From Thermofilaceae archaeon (GTDB lineage Archaea > Thermoproteota > Thermoprotei > Thermofilales > Thermofilaceae), in contig JANXEW010000004.1 in the NCBI GenBank assembly GCA_025057995.1, forward strand, positions 24,801 to 88,800: a stretch of 64,000 nucleotides of DNA. Reading direction: 5' to 3'. Below are positions 1 to 7,710 of the stretch, in pieces (the first letter of the stretch is position 1; every line of letters begins with the position of its first letter). Under the pieces are notes generated by a model, which worked only from the letters and a program-made list of their open reading frames with translations, was not told the DNA's origin and did not search any database. A program made the translations under genes and the position numbers.

Positions 1-2097
1 GTATTTTCTCTAGGAGCTCTTGTTTTAGCTGCTGTCACGATCACGAACATCAGCGAGTGGCGCGTTCGAGCGTCGGCGAGCCCTCTACTCAAGCTGGGTA
101 ACTATTCGGTAAACCCTATCTCTCACTCTTCATTTAGCATCTACGACGGCTTGAACGTGACCGCGTATACTCTAAGGTTTGTGCCAGGGTGGGTGGAAGA
201 GTACGCAGTCGGTAGACTGGAGAAGAGAATTCCAGAGCTTTCAACCTACTTGTACCGGGAAGCTCAGTCTGGAGCTGCGAGCTATTGGATCTACCTCGGT
301 AACGTGTTACAGGTTTCTAGCACGCAAGTTTACGGTCCTCTAGTATCTCTGCCAGCCTCCCTAGTCTGGAGGAGTACGGCCACGGGCAGCTACTGGTTGC
401 TTACGACAGCGCGTTTCACTGTTGGAGGCTCGAGAGTTCAACAGTTAATCAACTTCTCCGCTAGACCTTTAAGCCTTTTGTACAACGCTAGCTATGGTTG
501 TGCTACATACGCTCGTAGAGACGGTTTTGAAGACGCTTGTACTCTCGTAAGCTACTCTTTTGACACGAGCATACCTAACAGCCGAATCTACACGTATGGT
601 ATACAGTCTGAAGTAAGTTTCGACATGTGGCACGGTAACCCGGCGCCTAGTTTGTATACCCTGTCTCATAGCGGTTACGCGGCTCTTTTCGTTAACTACT
701 CTACGCATCCTTTTAGCGTTGCATCAAGCTTTTCTTTCCAGTACTTCTTCAGGTCTTCTCTCCAAGATACGGATTACCTGCAAATGCATTTCTTTATAGA
801 CTCGAACATGGATGGGGGCCCGGACGTCGAGGTAATCTACTATGGGAGCGGGGGAGGCACGGCCCCTCTGCCCTTGGCACCAGTCGTCTACGGTAGGAGC
901 TTGCCTGTTACCCTGTACGTAGCACCCGGTTTCGTGAATAGAGCGAACATCTGGTATACGATCACTATCGCGCGGATATATAGCTCCGGTTACGTCGTAG
1001 GTCTTGCTTACGCAACCACATGCGAGAAGGGTATGACGAAGATATGGTGGGATAACGTATCCTTCTACAGCTGCACCCTACCGAGCTACTTGAGCGCTTA
1101 CAGGAGAGGGAGGGATTTTACGGTAGTTTACGTGGATCGCATCACGAGTCCTTCTACTCCGCCCAGCTTAGCAACTCAAGTAGACGCTTTCGGCTCTACC
1201 GGTAACCCCTTAGCCGACTACGGCGTCGCCGCTGCGATATATAACGTAGCTGAGAAATGGGGTACTGTATACGCCGCCGGCTTTTCCTTCAACGTAAGTG
1301 GGTTGTACGTGAGGGACGCGACTGACGTTAGGAACAACGTCGCCTACGTATCTGTCGGCGTGGACTCGGACGGTAACGGGCTTGTGGATACGGAGTACTT
1401 CTTCTACCTGTACGATATCGCTACAGGCTATTCAGGCGCTATCGTTTCAGTGCTCTTAAACCCCGGCGCTGTGGTCTGCACGGTGGGCTCAGGAGGCTCC
1501 TGCACTCCTACAAGCCCAGTCTACAAGGTCTACAACCTCGGCACGATGACTTCAGGCAGCAGCTACAGGTGGAGCGGCACAGTACCTTATACCCAATCCG
1601 GCACTGTCATCAAAGTCGCATTCGCAGTAACTGATGCTAGCTACTGGAGCGCTGGCACGAGTGACGACTTCTGGGTGTGGTGGGATGACTTTGCGGTGGC
1701 TTACGCTGCTTGTACGCCCTTGCCACCCGGCTGGATTAGGGGTGACGGCACAATTTACCGTCCACTAGTACTCGGGGGGATCGTCTACGCTGGAAGCTTC
1801 ACAGGCGATGGCGGGTTCTACCTCTTCAGCTCAGGTTTAAGCCCGCTGTTAGGGGCGCGGAGGAGCGGCAACGTGTACTACGCTAGGTGCGGGGGGAGTG
1901 AAACCATGCTAGGTAGCTTCACGGCAGCCTACTACGTCGACTTAAGAGCGTTGAGCGGGTTGTGGGAGGTGATACTCCGTGACTATAGCGGCAACATCCT
2001 CGCGAGACACGGTTGTGCGCCAGCCGGAGCTTTAAGCTACGTTGGCTTTACGGGCGTGCAAGGCTTTGAACTAAGGGTTTTCGGCGACCCGCCGTGA
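1..2097 (+). CDS. large secreted/cell-envelope protein of unknown function (5' partial, frame open to the window edge)
   Basis: The track ORF is 151..2097, but the same frame has no stop back to nt 1. The in-frame upstream residues VFSLGALVLAAVTITN look like a signal or anchor helix. The protein is Tyr/Ser/Gly/Thr-rich with many N-x-S/T sequons and scattered Cys. No catalytic motif recognised. Confidence 0.6.
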   Translation, partial: VFSLGALVLAAVTITNISEWRVRASASPLLKLGNYSVNPISHSSFSIYDGLNVTAYTLRFVPGWVEEYAVGRLEKRIPELSTYLYREAQSGAASYWIYLGNVLQVSSTQVYGPLVSLPASLVWRSTATGSYWLLTTARFTVGGSRVQQLINFSARPLSLLYNASYGCATYARRDGFEDACTLVSYSFDTSIPNSRIYTYGIQSEVSFDMWHGNPAPSLYTLSHSGYAALFVNYSTHPFSVASSFSFQYFFRSSLQDTDYLQMHFFIDSNMDGGPDVEVIYYGSGGGTAPLPLAPVVYGRSLPVTLYVAPGFVNRANIWYTITIARIYSSGYVVGLAYATTCEKGMTKIWWDNVSFYSCTLPSYLSAYRRGRDFTVVYVDRITSPSTPPSLATQVDAFGSTGNPLADYGVAAAIYNVAEKWGTVYAAGFSFNVSGLYVRDATDVRNNVAYVSVGVDSDGNGLVDTEYFFYLYDIATGYSGAIVSVLLNPGAVVCTVGSGGSCTPTSPVYKVYNLGTMTSGSSYRWSGTVPYTQSGTVIKVAFAVTDASYWSAGTSDDFWVWWDDFAVAYAACTPLPPGWIRGDGTIYRPLVLGGIVYAGSFTGDGGFYLFSSGLSPLLGARRSGNVYYARCGGSETMLGSFTAAYYVDLRALSGLWEVILRDYSGNILARHGCAPAGALSYVGFTGVQGFELRVFGDPP

Positions 2098-2250
2098 AAA
2101 ATCTTTAGCGTTTCTCATCCGTGTAAGTTTCGTCCAGCCGATCGTCTTTTAGCGCTCCTCGACTCCCCTGCATAGGGCCTAGTCTACTCTCCCGATGCAG
2201 TGGAGCCTCGACCGTGACCGTTTTTAACGGGCTTCACGCGAGACTTCCTG

Positions 2251-3672
2251 ATGAAGCTGCCGCGAGTAGCTGTAGCCGCTATGCTCGCGTTATTCTCCGT
2301 AGCGCTACTGACTGCGTACTGGCACTTGAGGAGGGAACGGGCTAGGCAGCTTAACGTCAACACCTCTGCTGGAGTTAGGAGGTTGAGCGTCACTTTAAGC
2401 TTCAGTGGACGAGTAAGGGTAGCGGTTAAACCGTTAGACCTTCCGCAGACTCACGTTCCCTCAACTGTTGAGAAGGAAAAGACCGTTGAGGTAGAGTGTG
2501 ATGGTCTCTGCTCTGTAGAAGTCGAAGTGGTCGGCGGCAGGGGTTACACCGTACTCGTAAGTTGGGAAGGTGGGGAGAAGTCCTTCACGGTGCCTTACGT
2601 GAGGGAGTTTGACGACCTAGCTTCGAAACTCGTTGAGGAAGGTGTAGTGGTTAGCGCCGCATACATGCCTTGGAGTATGGGGGAAGTCTTGGGCGCTAGC
2701 TGGCGTAGAGATGTGCCGCTTCTAGGCTTGTACGACGCGTTAGACGATTATATTCAGTGGAAGCACGTCGACTGGGCGCGGGGGCACGGTATACACTTGT
2801 TTTGGGTGGACTGGACTATGTACGCGAGTTCAAAGGCTGGCGACAGGATATTCAAGGTCACGCAAAAGCTGTTGGAGAAGGAGATGGTTGTAGGAGTTAT
2901 GCTTGGTCCTCAGGTAGACATGCATTGGGGACCCGGCTACCCTTCTATAGACTTAAGCGACGATTGGAACGCTGGTATTTTTCTGAACTTGGTTCAGAGA
3001 GCTTTAACGCTGATGAAGGATCCAAACTACTACAGGGTTGGTGAACGTCCTGCTATCCTTATCTGGAACGAGGCTGCCTTCTACAACAGGGAATCCGTCT
3101 ACAAGAGGATGCGGGAGATGGTTGTGAGAGAACTAGGCGTGGAGCCTTACGTGATCACTGACGTTCTCCCAAGAGTTGGGAAGGGTGGGGTTTTAACACC
3201 GGGGACTCCAGAAGGTAGATGGTATGTTGACAATGTTCTTCTAAGGCGTGGAGACGGTGGGGACAAGTACATCGACGCGTATACCTCCTGGATTGGTTTC
3301 TACACGGTTCAGGGTTCAGGAGCTTTGACCAGCGGGGAGATGGAGCTATTTCCTGAAACGTATAAGCGGCATCTCGATTCGTGGAGGCTGTTTGCTCGCG
3401 CGAGGGGAAAGTGCGTTGTTCCCACTGTAAGCCCCGGCTTCGATAGAACTCACGACCCTGTTTTCGGTCAACCCGAACCCATCCCTCGAGACGTGGGGCG
3501 ATTTAAGGCTATGTTAGAAGCGTCTCTCGCTAACGTCGGGGAATGCGGTGAAGTGAGGGTGGATACGTGGAACGACTTCTATGAAGGTACGTACGTTGAA
3601 CCATCGTTAAATGAAGGTCTACTCTATTTAGAAGCGATTAGAGACGTTGCACGACGTCTTAACGGGAGCTGA
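2251..3672 (+). CDS. membrane-anchored glycoside hydrolase, GH99-like (endo-alpha-mannosidase-like) TIM barrel
   Basis: N-terminal TM helix (VAVAAMLALFSVALLTAYW). The C-terminal segment VSPGFDRTHD...VDTWNDFYEGTYVEPS resembles the xFNEWHEGTxIEP signature of GH99-type enzymes. The family call is from motif memory only. Confidence 0.45.
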   Translation: MKLPRVAVAAMLALFSVALLTAYWHLRRERARQLNVNTSAGVRRLSVTLSFSGRVRVAVKPLDLPQTHVPSTVEKEKTVEVECDGLCSVEVEVVGGRGYTVLVSWEGGEKSFTVPYVREFDDLASKLVEEGVVVSAAYMPWSMGEVLGASWRRDVPLLGLYDALDDYIQWKHVDWARGHGIHLFWVDWTMYASSKAGDRIFKVTQKLLEKEMVVGVMLGPQVDMHWGPGYPSIDLSDDWNAGIFLNLVQRALTLMKDPNYYRVGERPAILIWNEAAFYNRESVYKRMREMVVRELGVEPYVITDVLPRVGKGGVLTPGTPEGRWYVDNVLLRRGDGGDKYIDAYTSWIGFYTVQGSGALTSGEMELFPETYKRHLDSWRLFARARGKCVVPTVSPGFDRTHDPVFGQPEPIPRDVGRFKAMLEASLANVGECGEVRVDTWNDFYEGTYVEPSLNEGLLYLEAIRDVARRLNGS

Positions 3673-3742
3673 AGGGGTCTTTCAAAGTTGTGAACACGGG
3701 AAAGCTTTAGTACCGTTAAAGCGTTATAATTCATGAGGCTCC

Positions 3743-4702
3743 ATGGGTAGGTTAACCTTACCTTTGTTACCTCTAGTACTGCTGTTAGCGGCTTCAGTAC
3801 TAGCTCAGACTCCGACACCTCTAGTCTTGAACGTTAACAGGGATCTTAAGATAATAGTCTCGTACCCACTTGAAGTTAAGTACAGTAGCTGGGTTAGAGT
3901 AGTCTTTGACGTAACTTCGATCACCAACGTCACCGTAGACAAGTTTGCAGTCAGGTTGGTCCTAGTGCACGATAGAGGTTCTGTAACGCTCTACGAAGCT
4001 TTAATTATTCAATCCAAGGCTATGGCTCAAGGCAGTCAAGTGCAACGGGTAATCGAGTTTCAAGCATCTATACCCGCTCCTAGGCCTCCAGCAGACCCGT
4101 TCCTTGAACTCCACTTGATCGTCAACTACTCTGTCGGCGGTGTAGTTAAGTTCCTAGAGTATAAGGCTCCGATAACCATCGTTCCTCCGGCAACCTATAG
4201 CGAGTTGCAGGCAGCCTTGAGTGAGGCGAGGCAGAAAGCTGAGCTTGCAGACCAACTGGCGAAGCAAGTGAAAACCCTCGAGATCAAGTTGGCTAACGAG
4301 AGTGGAAAGTGCGCTGTGATAAGCGAACAGTTGAAGGGTTTGAGCAGCGAATGGAATCTCCTTAAGGAGAAGGTTGGCGCTCTACAAGCTGAGAACATCG
4401 CTCTAAAGAACCGTATCTCGGAGCTAGAGGAGGAGAACTCTGCACTTAGGATCGAGATATCCTCTCTGAGAGAGGAGAAAGGTGGTCTTTCATCTAGGTT
4501 AACGAGCGTCCAAGACAGTTATGCCGCTCTAGAAGCTGAGTTAAACTCTCTAAAGCAGAAGTACGAGAGCGTTTTAGCTGAAGCGTCAACTCTTAAGGTA
4601 GCTCTCGCTGTAGCAGCCTCGACAGTCGTCGCTCTCATAGTATTACTAGTTCTTCAAAAGAAGGCGGCTCCGAGACCTCTACCCCCACCGCCGCCGCCCT
4701 AA
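3743..4702 (+). CDS. SlaB-like architecture protein: signal peptide, beta-rich ectodomain, long coiled coil, C-terminal TM anchor, polyproline tail
   Basis: Signal peptide MGRLTLPLLPLVLLLAASVLAQ. Heptad-rich stretch of about 130 aa (e.g. LKNRISELEEENSALRIEISSLREEK). TM helix LAVAASTVVALIVLLVL, followed by KKAAPRPLPPPPPP and the stop. Confidence 0.7.
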   Translation: MGRLTLPLLPLVLLLAASVLAQTPTPLVLNVNRDLKIIVSYPLEVKYSSWVRVVFDVTSITNVTVDKFAVRLVLVHDRGSVTLYEALIIQSKAMAQGSQVQRVIEFQASIPAPRPPADPFLELHLIVNYSVGGVVKFLEYKAPITIVPPATYSELQAALSEARQKAELADQLAKQVKTLEIKLANESGKCAVISEQLKGLSSEWNLLKEKVGALQAENIALKNRISELEEENSALRIEISSLREEKGGLSSRLTSVQDSYAALEAELNSLKQKYESVLAEASTLKVALAVAASTVVALIVLLVLQKKAAPRPLPPPPPP

Positions 4703-5500
4703 CTCTATAGAAGGCTTGACCTTAGGGGAAACAAGGGTCCAAAATTGTTTGAACACTTGACGCCCGACGCCGCGTCTAAGAACCCCGCGACCGGAGAAGA
4801 CGTATAGACATTCGCCCAATAAGTCAACTGTACCTTGCCTAGTCTCGTAAGCAACTGACTAGACATGGTCATAGTGGGTGTAGAAACAGAGGGGGAAGCT
4901 CATCTCAAACTTCGACATAAGCCTATAACCGTCGCGGAAAACGGGACGGCAACGTAACTGGTAGCTAAAGTCGTCTCAGCTGACTCAAGGTTCATAGTAA
5001 GGGGTTACAACCCTCGACCACTTTGAGGCTTTCGCGATCGTACGAGGCGTTGTCCACGGGGTAAGTCGTCTTAAAGGAGCGTAAGTCATAGCCCCCAAGA
5101 TTTAAGGCATCTACGTTGACGTGGAATGTAGGTAACTTATCCCATCGCCGTCGACGCAGCTTCGAATTAACTGCGTCAAGGGAATTGAGGTTCAAGAGGG
5201 GAAACCGCGCTGCTGGACTCCGGCTTGAGCAGGAGCGAAGCTAAAACTTCAACATGCGGCTCCGACCGTTCTTTACAGGTGGTAGAGGTTCGCAAGTCAA
5301 CGTGGTAGGTAGCGCGATTGTTCTCGCGGCTTTCAACTCGGGAGCTTAACTAATTGGACGTCGAGTGATTAACGTTACTAGCGATTACATTCTGAAGATT
5401 TCCAAGTTTTCCTCTTTAAGCTTCTAGAGGTTCCTTATACTTCTAGAAAAGTCTGAAAACCCCACTCGCTAGAGCCTTGGGGCTGGAGAGTTCCCACCGC

Positions 5501-6412
5501 TTAAGTTTCGACGTAAACCACTTCTCCCTTAGTAATCTCCGAGTCGAGGAGATAGAAGTACTTGAAGTTCCGCCAGTTTAAGGCCGCCGCTCCAACATCG
5601 TCCTTGGAGGCTACGACTATGCCGAGACTATAGGCTTCGCCGTCGAACGCAGCTATCTCAGCTGCGGAATCGATCACCAACTCGGCAGCCTCTCGTGGCT
5701 TGTAACCTTTTGAGAGGAGGAAAACAGCTTTGAAAGCTGCGGCTACCCTCATCGCAACCTCGCCGACTCCAGTGCTGACAGCCGCACCGTATCGGCTGTC
5801 AGCATAGAAACCTGCGCCGACTACGGCTGAGTCGGAGACACGGCCCGGAAACTTGAAAGCTATGCCGCTTGTAGAAGTTCCTGCAGCGACACTTCCGCGT
5901 ATGTCAACAGCTATCGCCCCTGCGGTATCATGCCAAGTCATTGAAGCAGTTTTGAAAAGTTTAGAATAATACTGAAGCAGTTCCGCCGAACCCTCCCTTA
6001 ACCTTTTTTCCAAGTTCCTTCTAGCTTCAAGAGCCTCGGGGGGCGCTTTAGAGTCCTCGACCACCTCAAGCCCGGAGGCTTCAGCCAGCTTTGTAGCCGA
6101 ATCGCCTGCTATGAGGACGTGAGGGAGGTTCTCTAAACACCTTCTAGCCAAGATTATAGGGTTCCTAACCCTTTTTACGGCGGCTACTCCACAAGCTCTC
6201 AACGTATCGCCGTCCATTATGCCCGCATCTAGTTCGACCTCATTCAACCAGTTGGGGAATCCGTTCAAGCCTACGCTCCTCTCACTAGGATCTCTCTCTA
6301 CCTCAGCAATACCCGCTTCGACAGCATCTAACGCGCTACGCCCCTGCCTCAAGAGCTGGTACATCTTTTCAACCACTCGAAGCCCGAAACCGTGGTAGGC
6401 TGCCGCTAACAT
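5501..6412 (-). CDS. Ntn-hydrolase of the asparaginase-2 family (isoaspartyl peptidase / glycosylasparaginase-like)
   Basis: Autoprocessing/nucleophile motif WHDTAGAIAVD (compare HDTIG in glycosylasparaginases). Downstream GAGFYAD and GVGEVAMR blocks are typical of the family. Confidence 0.75.
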   Translation of the reverse strand: MLAAAYHGFGLRVVEKMYQLLRQGRSALDAVEAGIAEVERDPSERSVGLNGFPNWLNEVELDAGIMDGDTLRACGVAAVKRVRNPIILARRCLENLPHVLIAGDSATKLAEASGLEVVEDSKAPPEALEARRNLEKRLREGSAELLQYYSKLFKTASMTWHDTAGAIAVDIRGSVAAGTSTSGIAFKFPGRVSDSAVVGAGFYADSRYGAAVSTGVGEVAMRVAAAFKAVFLLSKGYKPREAAELVIDSAAEIAAFDGEAYSLGIVVASKDDVGAAALNWRNFKYFYLLDSEITKGEVVYVET

Positions 6413-6467
6413 ACGACTTTACTACCAGCTTCAAGGGATTTTACGCTTACTCTTTTAACAAAAAGTG

Positions 6468-6500
6468 AGATAACATAAAATTTATATAAGTAAGTTATCT
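6468..6500. promoter_or_regulatory. 7-bp inverted repeat AGATAAC-N19-GTTATCT bracketing a TATA box (TTTATATAA, 6481..6489) upstream of the PadR gene
   Basis: AGATAAC at 6468..6474 and its reverse complement GTTATCT at 6494..6500. The TATA-like box is centred about 31 nt before the ATG at 6516. The region is shared with the divergent gene starting at 6412. Confidence 0.4.
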
Positions 6501-6515
6501 AAGTTTGTTGAGAAT

Positions 6516-6923
6516 ATGTACGGCCACGGGTGTGAAGGTGGACACCATGAGGAACACCATTATCCGCCACTACCTCCACCTTGGTTCCAACCTGGGGCTT
6601 GGCCGCCATCTCCCCACGCGTTCTACATTAGAGGTCTGCTCCACTTAGCTGTCCTTAAAATCCTTAAAGAGGAGCCTCTTCACGGAAGCGAGATCCAACG
6701 AGTATTGAGGGAGAAGTTCGGCTTCGAGGTTACGGGACCGGCTATATACGGGACGTTGAGGAAGCTAGAGGTCCATGGGTTCGTCATCGCGACTTGGGAT
6801 ACTACCGGAAGCGGTCCAGCTAGGAGAGTCTATAGAATTACGGAAGAAGGAGTTGAATATTTGAAGAGGGCAACTGAAAAGCTAATGAAATTGAGGGAAC
6901 TCGTAGAAAAACTTGTCTCATAG
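6516..6923 (+). CDS. PadR-family transcriptional regulator with a His/Pro-rich N-terminal extension
   Basis: Winged-helix core PLHGSEIQRVLREKFGFEVTGPAIYGTLRKLEVHGFVIATWD...RRVYRITEEG. N-terminus MYGHGCEGGHHEEHHYPPLPPPW. Confidence 0.8.
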   Translation: MYGHGCEGGHHEEHHYPPLPPPWFQPGAWPPSPHAFYIRGLLHLAVLKILKEEPLHGSEIQRVLREKFGFEVTGPAIYGTLRKLEVHGFVIATWDTTGSGPARRVYRITEEGVEYLKRATEKLMKLRELVEKLVS

Positions 6924-6970
6924 TTTGTAGGACAGATAACCTTTTCTTTACAGTTTATCGATGCTTTAAC

Positions 6971-7690
6971 ATGGGCGAAGTTAGGCTCTCCAACTTTAGT
7001 TGGGTGAGGGCTAGGGATTACTTCTCAACGAACGACATCGTACTCCTACCGGTCGGTTCAACGGAGCAGCATGGTCCACAGAACCCTTTGGGTACTGACC
7101 ATTTGATAGCTTACGAGCTAGCTTTGGAAGCTGGAAGGAGAACCGGGGTCGCTGTTTTACCCCCTGTCCCATACGGCGTCAGCGTACACCACTCAGCATT
7201 CCCAGGGACTGTCTGGGTTCGTGAAGAAGTGTTTAAGGAGTACGTTCGCGACATCGTTCTCTCGCTGAAAAAACACGGTGTGAAAAAGGTTGTCGTGGTG
7301 AACGGGCACGGGGGGAACCTCAACGCCCTACTGTCCCTCTCAAGGGAGCTCAGGGGAGAGGGAGTTCTCACCGTAGTGTTCCAGTGGTGGACTCTTCCGA
7401 AGCTCAGCGACCTCTTCACTAGGGAGGAGTTGGGTCACGCTGCAGCAGCTGAAACCTCCCTCAACCTCTTCCTCAATGGGAAAAGTGTTGACATGAGTTC
7501 CGTTGTAGACGAGAAGCCGAGAAAGCTCCCTACGGATGGGTTAGCGTACTTCCCTGAGTACACCGACGACCGTACTAAAACTGGAGTTTTCGGCGTAGCG
7601 ACTACAGCTTGCAAGGGTAGGGGTGAGAGAGTCTTTGAGATAGCTTCGAGAGCACTTGTTGAAACCATAGAGGCATTGAGAAGGAGTTGA
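6971..7690 (+). CDS. creatininase-family amidohydrolase
   Basis: LLPVGSTEQHGPQNPLGTDHLIA and VVVNGHGGN motifs of the creatininase fold. Confidence 0.75.
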   Translation: MGEVRLSNFSWVRARDYFSTNDIVLLPVGSTEQHGPQNPLGTDHLIAYELALEAGRRTGVAVLPPVPYGVSVHHSAFPGTVWVREEVFKEYVRDIVLSLKKHGVKKVVVVNGHGGNLNALLSLSRELRGEGVLTVVFQWWTLPKLSDLFTREELGHAAAAETSLNLFLNGKSVDMSSVVDEKPRKLPTDGLAYFPEYTDDRTKTGVFGVATTACKGRGERVFEIASRALVETIEALRRS

Positions 7691-7710
7691 CGGGCACAAC
7701 CTTCCGTCTC

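Noticed and set aside
2097-2110. 14-nt exact repeat AAAAATCTTTAGCG, also at 10631..10644 (near the GH99-like and GH3 genes), considered as a shared sugar-regulon operator
   Set aside because: By my estimate, several exact 14-mer coincidences are expected by chance in 64 kb. The motif is A/T-rich, and its orientation relative to the two genes differs. Not enough to call a site. A genome-wide motif search would be needed.
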